This document shows positions 36,315-50,269 of a DNA stretch of 64,000 nucleotides, in pieces. The notes below the pieces were generated by a model. It saw nothing but the letters and a program-made list of their open reading frames with translations, did no database searches and had not been told where the DNA came from. The DNA is from Acanthaster planci (taxonomy: Eukaryota), in NCBI RefSeq assembly GCF_001949145.1, contig NW_019091358.1:1550961-1614960 (forward strand), given 5' to 3'. Position 1 is the stretch's first letter; each line of letters begins with the position of its first letter. The position numbers were made by a program, and so were the translations under genes.

Positions 36315-37696
36315 GGGCAAGAGGAATATCTGAGGAGAGACGACTTTATCAATAATGTCGTTTAAAGAAACAATGCAATTAAATGGTGTGTGTTTAAAAT
36401 GTGTTTAAAAATCTTCTGCCATGAAACCTGTTTGAAATCTTTTTTAGAGTTATATGAGCTGTTAAGTGCACTTTCTTGAAACATATAAGAATTGGCCAAG
36501 CTTTTCCAGACAAGTGAGGGTGATATTAGAGTAAAGTTCAGTTTGCATGTTGTTATGTTCAAATGTTGAACTGCATATTTGCTCACTCTCGGTAGAGGGA
36601 GTGGCCTCTCCTGGCGAGTCCATTGGGGCTAATTAACATGTTACTTTTTTTTAAGTCCAAATTCCACGACTACTTATCATATCCTACCCCTGAACATGCT
36701 GAAAAGCCTGGTTTAGTCATCTTACAGCCAGGGCCTCCCCTAGCGAGAATAAATGCAAAAAACCCAGAGGGCCTTGAGCCAGCCTCCAGGCAATTCCCAT
36801 AGGACTGTGTGCTAATGGGTCCCTTGTGCACAACCTAATGGGCTGTTTACAAAACGGTGCCTGGGGCAGGCAGTGGAATGTTCCGTATCAGTGACAGCTG
36901 TCTGGAACTTGTCGGAGGCCTCTGTCAGCTGTCTTTGAAGTGTTATTTTTGTTGGGGGGGGGTGTGTGGTGGTGGTATGGCTTGGCTGGCTCATGGCGAG
37001 GGAGCCCCCCCTTCAAATCCGGTTAGCCTGGGAAAACGCCCCCCCCGCGGTACTGTGATGTACATTTGGTAAGTTTTGGTGGTTTGTAAGATCTGTAGAG
37101 GCTATGGGACAACCTCTAAAGCATTAATATACCTTCAGGACGGACTCGGGTGGACTCAGGGCTCTGCAAACCGGAAAAATGCAATGGACTCAACGAAAGA
37201 GGCCGTCCCCTGAACCATGTAGGTTTGACCTTGAGAATGCGTCGCAGGGTTAAAACATTTCTTAAGACTAACCAAAGGTTACTGATGGCTTATTGCCATA
37301 TACTGTACATGTACTAACACAACTATAATTGTTCGTGGAAAATGGTAGTTTCGAAAGCCAAGTAAAACAACGAAAATCTAGCAGTTTTTCCTGCAGCAAT
37401 TTATGCAACTGTGCCTTGGATTACATCACAGTTTTGGATATATAAATTCATACTAGCATAAAACCTCAGGCCCCAAAATACTTGAAAACAAAACAAAACA
37501 AAACAAATAGAAAATTTAAAATAAGGTTTATGGAAACACAGATGTGTAAATCCAAGGATTTTAGTAGAGATTTCTATTACTGTACATGGTCCCTTCAATT
37601 AAAGATTATGATACAGTATGAGAACAGGTAGAAAAGTATTGTAATCATTCTCTTCGGATAGAAATGATTTTATAGTCAAGTCAAAATGACCCCCTG

Positions 37697-37982
37697 CACG
37701 CCATACTGAAAGTTCTACGAAAATCTGTGAATTGGAAAGTTGTCTAATTTGCATGATATGCAACTTTTATGCAGTATGTTATCTCAGAAGTGCACCTGTC
37801 CTTTTCACTTACCATGAAAATATGGGTGTGAAAACCTGATATATTTGAACCGATTGCTTAGATGTGAAGTTACAGTGAAAACAGGTTCATGTATTTCTTT
37901 TAATGGCAGAAGCTAATTTGCATAGTCTGCAAATTGGACTATTTTCCCATGCTAGGATTTTGTAGGACTTTTAGTATGGTGT
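37697..37982. repeat. Imperfect inverted repeat (probable MITE interior)
   Basis: cacgccatactgaaagttctacgaaaatc..tgtctaatttgcatgatatgcaa pairs with ttgcatagtctgcaaattggact..gattttgtaggacttttagtatggtgt. Confidence 0.55.
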
Positions 37983-38174
37983 TTAAGGGATCCTTCTGAA
38001 ATGCTCTGCAGTGAAATAAATTCTTTTGCAAGTAGCAGTGGGCTCTCCCAAAAAATCTCCTAGTTTGACAGGATTATTAAAGTTTAGCTACAATGTACAC
38101 ATAGCCTACATGCACTGTCTGCCCCGTTAAAAAGGTACAAAAATATGATGGGCCTATTAACATTGCCAGAACAA

Positions 38175-38440
38175 TTGTCGTGTCTGGATTGAGGCAAAGT
38201 TGCAAAAATAGGCTACTTTCAGTGCAGGGTCTGTTGCATCAAACAAATTAGAGAATGTATTAAACTCATTAGAAAATGAACGCCCTGCTTGGATTGAGGC
38301 AAGTTGTAAAATACTTTCCAGTCCACTGTCCACCCTCATAAAAATGGATGCAGTAACACAAAACCTATTTAGAGATTGACTGCTCTCCTTTGATTGAGGT
38401 GAGTTATAAATACTTTCCAAGGCTCGGTCCACTCTCATGA
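38175..38440. repeat. ~105-bp degenerate tandem repeat (about 3 units)
   Basis: gattgaggc(a)aagttg.aaaata recurs near 38187, 38292 and 38392. Confidence 0.55.
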
Positions 38441-41240
38441 TTTGGTGTAATAACATTGTTGTTTCTTTTGCAAGTGATCGCTTTCCATGGATAGAGCGAA
38501 ATTGTTAATACTTAATAGGTCCACCCCCATCAAATGGATGCTAAACATATTTGACCTTGCCATGGTATGCAAAGCTCCACCGACTTCCTGCCTCATCCCT
38601 GTGTGCCTCATTTTAAGCCTGTAAGATCAGCAGATGAGCTTCACCACCCTTGATAGCTAGATTCAACTAACCATATGCGAATACGTTCCACAACCACATT
38701 AGACTGGACTTGTTCTTGTAATAATGAGCATAAGCCGCCTCATTTTGTGTGATCAATAATTGAGGGGTTCTATACATGTACAGCATCCAGTTGTACGCGG
38801 AGTTGGAGGCCGTTAGGTCACAGTAAAGTATTGAGTATTGTATTGTATTGTTTTGCATTGCATTTTTCGTTTTGTATTTTTTTGTGTGTTATGCCAAATA
38901 AATAATAACACCACGTGTCTGCACTGGTTTACATAAAATGTCAATTGATGGTTTTCATAACTTACATGGTTTTTAAAGAGGACACCCCTGGCTTGATCAT
39001 ACCTTTTATATGTTTGTTTTTGGCAATCTGGAGATATGCCCCAATAATCAAAATCTAGCTTGTGTTTACTTTTAAGTCCGGTGCTTTCTTTTCTGATATC
39101 AGCTCGACAGTTTGATTTCAAGGGTGATACTGACAATACTATGCATTGAAACACGCCAAAGACGAGCCCCGTTTTCTCTGACAAGTGGCAGAAACTCAAG
39201 GCACATCAATAACAAATAGGTTGTAATAATATCAACATGCCAAGATAACACCAATTAACATTTTATTCTTATATTTGGGTCATTCTATAAATTTAGGGTG
39301 CTAAGTGTGACATTGCCGTCCCTGTTACACCTGTACCTCTGACATGTATACCATCTGACATGTTTGACAAGGGATGTATCACTTTGGTTTCAAACTATTG
39401 TTATTTGTTTGGCAGGTACATGTACTTTGCATTACTTATTCAATCTTGGAATTAAACAATGACTTTTAAACGTTAAAAATCATTTGCCAGATGTAACAGG
39501 GACTCCAAATTTATAGAGTGACCCATTTACAGTTTTAGCTTGATCCACTTTTGTCAGGGACACACTGCGCTTCCCTCTCTTCACATGAAAAATTCTTTTG
39601 CCCGTTCCTTACGTCTTTTTTTTGCTGTGATCTGTAATTGAGAGCTCTGGGCTTCTCACAGAACCTAGCACCTGGAGAACTGCACTGTGTGAAGGTGGCG
39701 TTGTGTTTACCGTAAAGCATGCAGTGAACTTTGAAGACATTTTGGAAATGACTGCAAAAAAAGAAATGGATCAACGAAGTCAGTTGAGTATTTCTTGGAG
39801 ATGTTTGTTTCTTTGGTAATCAGCTTGGGGAATAAACTTCTTTTCATTTCTGCATTTTTCGTATCATTAGAATTGGGGAAGAAGGAATCGCAAGTATTAG
39901 GTACGTCTTTGAGATGTGGTGATGCTGAGAGAGGGCACCGGACACAACCAAAGATAAACTACTCAGGACAGGAAAAAGTGAATGTTTTGTGATTGTGTAT
40001 TAAAATTGCCGTAGTTGACAAAAGTTGTTCTCGTTTAGCATTGAAGGATTCCTTTTTGTTGTGATGTTGGAAAAGGTTTTGCTTGTGGCCCAAGCTTGGG
40101 TGAATCAAAGTTTTTTCTACTGTTATCCTAATGTTGGCTTCATACATTGGCATTAAGAAATGCTCAGAAATCGTTTAAGTTGTTTATATTATTATTATTC
40201 TTGCCCTAAGAACCACGGTTTTGCATGATCAAACTGAGGTGTAAAGAGAACATTACCTGAGTAGCCAGTGTTTATGTTCTGGCAGCAAAGTAAAATTGTA
40301 GGAAAGCTAAGGAGAGTTTGGCCAATTGATCATTTTCTTTCCTTAACTATTTGATCTTTCATTTCTTTTAATAACAGACTACAAAGAGGCAAGTAATTAG
40401 TATTGACTCTGTTTCGGTTAAGAATGAATAAACCAGGGTATTGCAGTATCATCAGCTCACATCTTCATTTGCTTCCTGTATTTGCTTTGCAGTGTTCAGG
40501 CGCTTCTCCTTGAGCGTGAACACTTACGCTGAACGTCGCATATCCGTCAAAATCGCCCCCGGGCGATTATGACGGCCGAACGCAACGCACACGTGTGCTA
40601 TGTGAATGGAGTCGATTTTTGTGTCCGTGAAAGTGGAAGGCATGAACGCATCGTGAACGCCACGCACCCCAAAAAAGGACATTCATAAGGCGCCTCTACT
40701 CAGTTAACCGCATTTCTAGCGACGAATCCAGTAGCCATGATTTTACTGGTTATTCATTGTGGTCAAAATCATTGCCGTTATTAAATGAGTGTCGTCCTAG
40801 AGTTGAATACGTATTTAATTTAGCAGTTTGGAGGAAGAAAACAGCTATATAGATTTTATATATGGGTACCTTCAATAAAAGTAGCTTATGCACCCCAACA
40901 CTTACTCAATATTTAAAAATATAATCGTGAAAATGATGGGAGTCCTGAGTGGGTCCATCGTATCTGGTGCACAAGTGTTGTGAGTGGTCATATACAAAAA
41001 CAAAGGTGAAAACGGGCTGCAAAATACTGGAATTTTAGAACGTCCCATAATTTTGTACAGAGCTGAAATTCTGAGTAAATATCAAAACCCAGACGCTGAA
41101 ATCAACTGAAATACTGATTTTTCACACCTCTGTGTGTAAAAGTACCTGCGAGTGAATTTCTGGCAACATTAACTGTCGGGCTGATATGGTTGGATCTGTG
41201 ACTGCCTTCTCACTGGGCGTGCGACTGCCAGGCTTACAAA

Positions 41241-41777
41241 TAGTCCGGATGCCACACCCGATGATTTTGACTACTCTACGAATCCAGGGTCCGGTATCAC
41301 CCAGTGTCCACGTGACCAAGACTGGAGGATTTTTTTCCAGAAATAGCCGAAATGTTTCGAAGTCGTCCCGTTTATATTCGGCACGCTCGGATGGTACCGT
41401 TGATGTTCGGTTATTCCCAGCCGGGTAGGTAGGCTAGCTGTTGAACGTAAACTCCTGTATCCTAATGGCAACAGTTGATCCTACAATATTTGATTTTATA
41501 CACTGAAATCGAAGGTCGCCTTGGCCAAAATGCAGAAAATAAGTTTCTTCGATCAATGCAGGCTTTGTGCCTGAAGCGTGCCCTCAGTGGGGATACACTT
41601 GCTGTATCGCCCACTGGATATGGGAAAAGCATTTTTTTTTAGATGTTGCCACTGATGAATTCGAAACTTGTGACCCTTGACCCTCGCGTCATATCTATTT
41701 ATGTCCGTGGGTGATGCCTGACCTAAGATTTTTTTATCAAGAGTTGTTAGGGAATCTTTGGGCAGGGAACCAGACTA
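41241..41777 (+). mobile_element. AcademH-like deletion derivative with RecQ-type helicase fragment
   Basis: Ends tagtccgg../..ccagacta; 9-bp TSD gcttacaaa / gcttacaac; internal 41547-41657 reads LRSMQALCLKRALSGDTLAVSPTGYGKSIFF*MLP (SF2/RecQ motifs 0-I). Confidence 0.72.
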
Positions 41778-41999
41778 GCTTACAACTGGACGTGAAATTG
41801 CCTTGTTGAATGTGTGGTTGCTGAGCTTACGAGGAGGTTGCCCTTCGGAAGAGTGGTTTCGATTTTAATTGGGTTTTATCTGTCAAAATCAGCTTTTTAC
41901 TCGCTCATCCACTAAACTTGTTTACTGTTACTGCTGTTTGAATCATTTTTACCTCCTATTGTTTACATTTCGATAGTTTTTATTGGACTCGTTTGTGAT

Positions 42000-44900
42000 T
42001 TTTGAAGTTTAATCATGTATGGAACTCAGTGTTGTCATCCTTGATACCGCCATGTTCGGGCACGAGAACAACTGGCAACGTCGCAACCGTAGAACCAGAG
42101 TTGGTTCTGTTTTCTGTGGGGCCTTAAACTATACTCCATTTACACCAGCCAGGACAGCTCATTTGACAGCAGACTCATATGGTAAGAGATATCCTTATTT
42201 TTCTACTCAACAGTCCTTTGTTGGCCTATACATGTCGAAACACAATAAAGTGTCTCGACATGTGTAGGCCAACAAGGGACTGTTGCGTGGAAAAAAATCG
42301 GTCTACATTATTTACTACTTTTGTGCCAAGCGACCTGAATTTAGTCAAGGACTGATTCGTATAAGTGCCGTTTTATCTGTGTCACCCACAAAGATGAGTA
42401 CAATTGTACTCATGACTTTGTTTGCAGAGGACATTGAAATCAATCCTGGGCCTGTTAAGCAGGGTAGAAAACCAAGATTGGCCATGTGGAATTTGTGATT
42501 GTGCTGTTAGGTCGTTCGACAAAGTTGTGACGTGATAGATGCCAACTGTGGATCCACAATAGTTGCTCAGGAATCTCAGACGCTAGCTACGCGTCCTATC
42601 AAAACCTGGAGAGTTTCACTTGGATGTGTCCTTGTGAGGTGTTACGTTTTGAAGATTCCTTTTTCTCAGATGAGACCCTTATCGAGCAGGATTCACTTAA
42701 TCCTTCAAGCATAGAAGAAGTTGTTGGAAATTGCAGAGACCCGGTACCTGGAAAAGTAACCAGTAAACCCTCCAGATTTTCCAGTCCTGTGAAAGGGAGA
42801 CAGAACTACTGGTAATAAAAATACTCGTAGGCCTACATATATCAAGGTAGCTGTCATGAATTGGAGTATCCGTAGTAAAGCACACCTCCTGGCATCGTTT
42901 ATTAATACTGAAGATCGGGATGTATTGATAGGAGTTGAATCTTGGCTAAATGACTCGATACACTCTTCAGAAATTTTCCCACCCTATTCACTGTTTTCTC
43001 GTCAGGATAGGGTACGGAGAGATGGCGGTGGTGTGTTCATCGCAGTCAAGGATACAATACCTCCTACCGAAAGGAAAGATTTCAAGGTTGATAAATGTGA
43101 ATTACTTTGGTGCCAGTTATCTCTGATATCAAAGAAAATGAACAAGTCATCATTGGAGCCTTTTATCAACCTCCGATGAGAGTGCACTACAGGGCCTGTA
43201 TGATGGAGACTTGATATGATGTGGCATCCTGACGGCATTGTACACCTAATTGGCAGTTAATAATTAAAGATTGTTGATTTAACAAACCACTATCATTTGG
43301 AACAGAAGGTTTTCGACTGGGAAAGATCGATCTTCTGGGACAGAAAATATCTTGGATCTGTTGTTCACGTCCAGGCCTGTGCCTCTGCAAAATGTCCGAG
43401 CACACTCTCGAACCAGTGATCACTGTGTTGTAAATTGTTGCTGACATAGTGGTTGCACACCCCACTTTACCAAACCACCAAGGAACATATTAAAATGGAA
43501 GAATGACGATACAGAAAAATTCAGGGAAGCAGCTGCGGACTTGCAGAAGTCCTTTACGGAAAAAACTCCAACTTCCCAGTCTATGGAGACTAACTGATGG
43601 TACTTTAAAGATAGACTTGCAAAAATCATCAACCATCTAGTTCCACAGAAAACTGATATAGAGCAAAGTACGACCACCATGGCTCATCCTCTACACTTAA
43701 CAAGGAAAAAGGAGACCCAGTATGTTCGAGCAAAGGAAAGTGGCAACCCTTGGAAATATCTTGAAGTGGGAGTGCTTAGACAAAAATTGACCTGATCATG
43801 ATGACGTCATCAGGTGACAAGTCGCGTAATATTAAAGGTGCACTCTTAAAGGCACTATAGCAGAATCTCTTGAAGTACCTGCCCGATTGGGTTCAAACCT
43901 TGCAGATATTTTGAAACGAGAATGCCTTAGAGGAACATTGACCTGAGGGGATGATGACGTCATCATGTGACAAGTCCCGTGACATTCAAGATGCACTCTT
44001 CAAAGCCCACTATATCTCCTGAAGTAAATGCCCCGTCAGGTTGCAACAAATACATGTAACTAGGAAAGGAAGTATTATAGACGAAAACTGACCTCATGTG
44101 ATCGCAGCATCGTGCATTTATATTCCAACAATCACTTGATACCGGGTCATTACCAACAGACTGGAAATTGGCTAACATTACCCCTTTATTAAAAAAAGGT
44201 TCATCATCAAACCCAGCAAACTATCGGCCTATCTCTCTGAAATCTGCTTCTTGTGAGATACAGGAGCATATTGTTATATCTTTGACAGTCATCTCATGGA
44301 ACATCTTGAACATCATCAAATTCTTGTTGAAAATCAACATGCTTTCTGCAAGAGCATCCAGCTTATTTTAACTATACGTGACTTGGCTAGAAATCATAAT
44401 AGCAATGTCACCACTGATTTGGCCGTCTTGACTTTGCTAAAGCCTTTGACGTGTCACATCAAACAAATTTTGCATAAGCTTGGCGGTTATGGAGTTGGAG
44501 GAAAATAAAAGCTGGATTTCAGCATTCCTTGGTATCGCCCTCAACGTGTAACGGTTAACGGTTAATCGTCAGTGTGGCATCCTGTAATTAGTGGATTCCC
44601 CCAAAGAACAGTACTTGGGTCTCACCTATTCCTCCTATTTATAAATGACACTTGTAAGGCAGTAGGGGCTGGAAGTGTTATCAGGCTGTTTGCAGACGAC
44701 TGCTTGATCTACAGGAGCATAACCTCCGCTGCAGATAAAAAGCTTTTCCAGAATGATCTGAATTACCTTGAAAAAATGGGCTGGCATCTGTATTGGGGCA
44801 TGTGTTTCAACATAAGCAAGTGCAAAACCATGCGTGTAACACGAAAGAAAAAACCTGGTGCAATGTCTTACACCATTTCCGGTGAACCTCTTAAACCAAA

Positions 44901-45130
44901 GATGTCACTTACTTAATCATTCAACATGGTCTTTTAGTTGGGAGACGCAAACGCATCACATAGTCACCAAAGCACCAAGAGCTCTGAATTTCATAGGGCG
45001 TAAGTTCCAGATCCATGAAAGAGAAGCTTTACCTGACACTTGTACGACCACACTTCGAATAATTATAGTGTTGCTGCTTGGTACTGACTGTATGTGAGGA
45101 TTGCCTGAACAGAGGAGGATGGAAGATGTT
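42000..45130 (+). mobile_element. Decayed CR1/L2-group non-LTR retrotransposon (2A-like motif, PHD, APE, RT)
   Basis: DIEINPGP at 42430-42453; PHD CGIC..(C)DRCQLWIHNSCSG..WMCPC; APE (LIGVESWLNDSIHSSEIFPP..RQDR..GGGVFIAVK); RT (ANITPLLKKG..NYRPISL; SGFPQRTVLG..FLLFIND; RLFADDCLIY); many stops and frameshifts; boundaries approximate. Confidence 0.88.
43786..44105. repeat. ~151-bp tandem duplication (2 units plus a partial third) inserted in the LINE
   Basis: ttgacctga..gatgacgtcatca.gtgacaagtc..tgcactctt recurs near 43787 and 43938, with a partial copy near 44089. Confidence 0.7.
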
Positions 45131-45899
45131 CAAGTTCAGTGTGCTCCATGTTTCCACTTGAGTGCACTTTATTTTGTACTTGCGGAATGGTGACTATGTC
45201 TTCAAATGGTAAGTTGCAATTACAACGCTTGACTGTGCAGCCAGATATGTTTGAGAAGCAATTCAGTTAAGTTTTTGACCATAATGAGTAATCTTTGTAA
45301 TGTACTGAAGGATGAATTCGCAGCTGTATTTTGATAGTGTACTTTTTATAGGGGCATAATTTTTCAGTTCATGGGCTTACGTTCTTATCAATTTGTAATT
45401 GCCCTGTGCATGACAGACTTATGCCACGGCAAATAGATTGCTACAACGTTAGTGTATATAAATAGTAGATTTATGCACCGCATAAACAGTATCTTGATCT
45501 GAAGAAAGTGCACTGGTTTGGTGAAAGGCTAATGACATCATAGCCTCTTTTATTTATTTATTTATTTTTTTTGGTACATATTTTCATAATTGATCATAGT
45601 TGATTTGTTTTCTGTTTTATATTGTACATAGCGGAACACCCCTGGCAACGTAAATGGTTTCACCGTAAAAATGGAATAATGACATTATTTGTCAATGGGT
45701 GCATTGACAAACCACCTTGAAAACGCACGGGTGACCTGAAGTGCTTTTGTTTTTTTATTGAAGAACTGTCCTCCTATTGCCAAACGTGATATTAATTGGA
45801 TTGATAAAACGTCATGATGTCTCACCGCTTGTTACATGTAGTGAAGTAGACATGACGTTTGCTGGATGTCTCTGGATGACGACACACTGAGAAAACGAT

Positions 45900-46080
45900 A
45901 ATCTCATGATGTCGTCATCCAAGTTTTAGGATGTCGTCATCCTATAATAAATTATCAGAGGATGTCATCATTCAACTTTCATGATGTTGTCATCTCTTGA
46001 TAAATTATCTCCAGAGTCATCATCCAACTTTTACGATATCGTCATCCTGTAATAAATTAGCTCAGGATGTCGACATCTTG
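45900..46080. repeat. Minisatellite with gatgtcgtcatcc core at alternating ~22/31-bp spacing
   Basis: Core at ~45908, 45930, 45961, 45983, 46014, 46036, 46067. Confidence 0.75.
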
Positions 46081-49000
46081 CCTCTCCTTATCCCGAGAAA
46101 AATATGTCAGGATCTCAACATGGATCTCTGGATGGCAGTTCCAGAGCTCTGTATATGGTGACTAGTACCAATTTTCGTGAGACCCCTGGTCCAGCAGGTG
46201 AAGATCGGCCAGTAAAGCTCAGTTTCGGCGCAATCGGTCGAGAATTGGAAAAATCAGAGACAATCGACACTCAAATTTAACCAGATGCATTGCAACACGG
46301 CATGAGCCTGGACACCTTTGATTGATCTCTTCGAGAAGGACCATGGCCGTACCCATTGGGTGTGAGCTTTCCTTCCCATTCCAATACCAGGTAGAGGGCC
46401 GTGTGAGGCCAGAGTACCTGACTGCAACTTTTCCTCCTCAAGAGAGGCTCCCCAAGGCCCATTGGTGCTGTGGCGTTATTCCCTGAATGCCCGGTCTTCG
46501 TCCTCGAGACGCCTAGGCTCCACATGCAAGGGAGAAGCCAGCATTCGTAATGACCTTGTAACATAGATTTAGTCAGTGTTTTTTTTTTGGGGGGGGTGAT
46601 TTTGTTAGTTTTTGTTTTTGTGAGTTAGTACAGAATTAATTTTGGAAACTGGTTGATTTAAGGAGTGGAACAGAATTGAACTGAATTGAATTGAACACTT
46701 CTGAGTGTCATTTGTAAGTAGTGTATATACATATACTACTAGTGTAAATACAAGAGTATTAATCTTCTCGATGGTCTCTTCTTTTCAATCATTTGGTTGT
46801 TCCTCACATTGAGTTAATATCTGAACCTGGAGTCATCACTGCAACAAATAGTTACCGGTATAGGAGTGATATACATTGCGCATAGTGCTGATTTCCTACA
46901 AAACCACTCTTTTCACGATATTGTTAAAAAGCACGTATATAGCAGCTTTTAAAATGATTGGATTAGTCACCAATTTGTGTAGTTATTTCAAACATGTGTA
47001 TGTGTGTATGTGTACACGAGCATATTGATGTAAAATTCACATTCAGCGTTTGGGATAAAAATAATAATATGAAGCTGTGATTTAACCACCCAATTTTTCG
47101 AGCAGCACATGTATCACGTACGTGTGCCATTTTGAATGGTGCCTAATTTCGTTACTGGCGCGTGTAGCTGAAGGATGCGTTCTACGTTGGATACCTCCTA
47201 GTTACAGTAATTATTGATGTTGTACGTTCGCCCGTATCGATTGCTGTCCATTTTGCCTCCACAAGACTACTCATTTCATGAAATGTACCCCGATTGCTCA
47301 TGAAGAGTTCTTATATAGCAATTTTCAAAAATCCTATAAGACTTGTCTTTCTGTTTCGTCAACGGTTTAAATTTTGCGAGTGAAATTTTAAAACTGACCA
47401 GTGCATGATGAATGGGACTTGGGCTTTTCGCGCTGATGGTGATACAATACAGCAAGCAGTAGACAGAGATACTTGATTGAAACGAGCCCTCACTGGTGGT
47501 CTGGTACAGCTTTGGTAATTCAAGACGTCCGGTCCACCACTATTTCCATACGTGCCATCTTACGCATAATATTGCTATAATGTTTCAGCTAGGGAAAACA
47601 TTTGCTGCCGGCGCACTTCGTGATTGTCGACATTTTACGGTTTGTTTAATCTGTGTAGAGATTCTGATATCAGCAATGACATGGCTTAAGCTATTTAATC
47701 ATGTACCCATGATACAGGCAGTTTACTCGTCAGGAGATTATTTGTCCACATAGGGACCAGTTAAAAGGGATTAGGCTGAGTCCATAGAATTACATTTAAG
47801 ATTGGGAATTCAAGGTGGGATGTTATCGGTGGTTTCATGTGTATAAGCTTTGTGACTATTGAGGCAAACGTCCAATTAATTTATAAATTGAAGCTTATGA
47901 TGTGATGAAGAGAATTCAGGGCGATCAGGACATATAGAAAAAACAATTTTCCAGTAGGCCCCTAAGTCATTTCTTCATAATACATGAGTGCCTGCTATAA
48001 ACATACATAAGTCCTCGTATTTGCGCAGAAATGGGCAACGTCTCCCACATTTTCACTCCCACATGTAAGTACATGTACATACAAACCTTAACCTCTCTAT
48101 GAATTAAAATACCCACTAAATCGCTACCAGTGAATACACAAGCAATAGTGCTTAATTTCATGATCAATGAATAACATCTCGTAAAAATCGTTTCTGTTAT
48201 GTTTCCAAATAAAGATAAGACGTCAGTCATCATCACCCGAGCAACGTTGGAACGAAACCATGGTAATAATTTTATATCTTGTAAGATTTTTACAATTAAT
48301 TCCAAGGTGAACCATTTAGTAATGTTACAGCTAATTTGGATACCGATTACAGTACAGTATAACGACATTCAATACTGACATGTTATGCACGCAGCCTATG
48401 CACGCTGAATTCTAAATTGGAGGTTTCTACGATGCTAACTACAACAGTCTTGAGTGGCTATAAAGTCTAACCTTCATAAATCCCATTTATATTTGTTCAA
48501 CTACTGATATAACAACTTAAAACCATAAATTGTGGATTAATGTGCAGTCAGTAACGTGATACAACTATACGTGGACATTTAGGGGAAAAGGGATTATCGA
48601 AGAGTTGTACAGGAATATGATTGACACACCAGAGCATGAGATGAACAAAGTGGAAATGACTGAATTTCAAATCGTATTTGTAAATTGCCAAACAATATTA
48701 TTTTTATACTGAGGAGTTTGTGTAATGGAGGAAAGTGCGTGAATGATTCATAAATGCACTAAGGGAGTGCTCTAAATTTTTCATTGATGGATTAGACTTA
48801 GTTAGTTAGCACTATTTGTCACACAATGGCATCATCATGACACTTTGGGACCAATATCATAGTGTTAGGTTTAGAATTGAGCAGACTTGAAAATCTTGTA
48901 TGTGAAAAAATCTATTAAAAATGGTGTCATGACCCAAGTTTGTATAATTTTATCCAAACACCAAGTTTCTTTGTTGCTGGACCTTGTATTGTTTAAAATT

Positions 49001-50269
49001 AAATGGTGGTTTTATGATGAAACAATGAATGAAATGACATTTCAACGCCTTAACGATGTTTGATGAACAAGTATTGGCCGTTCGCAAGTTTTTAAAGTTT
49101 AGTTTTTGTTTGCAAGTTATGTTGTGAAGAACTGTAAGTTTTGAAGTGCCAATTTCCTTTCAAAATCATTTAACTACATTGTCATCACGGATGATGCTAA
49201 TATGACATGATATCCAATTTTGCAATTAGAATGTAATTTCTTTAAATGCATATCCAATCACTGCAGATGCAATTTGCAGTGCCACAATAATTTCTTCAAA
49301 CATACAAGCATGACGTCTACGTAATGTTAAGTTCACAACTCTATTCAGTGAGAGCTTTCTTTTATTCCAGCCTCTCTAGGACTTTTGTTTAGTAGTGATG
49401 TACTTTAAGACTTTTTCAGATGGAAAAGAAATGTCAATTACAGTAAAGAAGAAAAAAGATAATTTAATAATAATAAAAGTGCGCTTTTAAATATGTGTAC
49501 TTGGTAAAATATTTGCTATTTCTGGCTTTTCTCTGTGTGTTTATTTTGCCAGCTAATTTAATTTATTTTTGTCCTAGAAGTCGTTCTCAATTCAAAAGTG
49601 AGTTTCTATCAGGATCCAATGTGAGAAATCATTCTTTTAGAAGTCAACATGTGCATATAATCACCAGAACGAGCTCCTTAACCAATAAAGTATAATTCTC
49701 CTGTTTGTGCAGTTATGCAACTTGTAATCTCTTCATTTCTAATTTGTTGACACAGGTGTGACAGGTAAGTTGAGTTTTTGGTTTGTAGAACTATAGCGTC
49801 TTTGTGAAACTATTACAGCGATCAGTGTTTTTTTCCCTCAATTTTCATTCTTGAAATAAGTTTTTAAATATTTTGTCTTCACAACCACGGGCTGTTCCGT
49901 TTTTAGACTTGAGTACCACAGACCAGATTTACATAATTATTACAGTGCATTTGTTGATACCAACTAACACTCATTGTAATGGTTGTTTAATCACAGATGT
50001 TAATTACAATGACAAATGTACAATATTCTAAGGTTTCACAAGAAGGAAAATGCTAATCTAGGGGAATTTCTGCTCAGTATGTAAAGAAACTAATGTTCTT
50101 CTCGTCGGGCATTCTCGAAACAAACATTTCAGATGTGGAATACTGCAATCTTTATCATACTGCATAAATCCCTTTGCATGGATCACCGAACAGGCTGATC
50201 AGATTTGGCCCGAAACCACCCCACCCCAAGATCAAAACTCCAAAGCTCACTCAGGTTTATTGATTCGGG

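Noticed and set aside
42283..42498. Standalone host gene or viral gene containing NPGP
   Set aside because: Contiguous with PHD-APE-RT remnants, so it is part of the decayed LINE.
45900..46080. CRISPR-like repeat/spacer pattern
   Set aside because: The spacers are short and themselves repeated, there are no cas genes, and the context is eukaryotic; it is a minisatellite.
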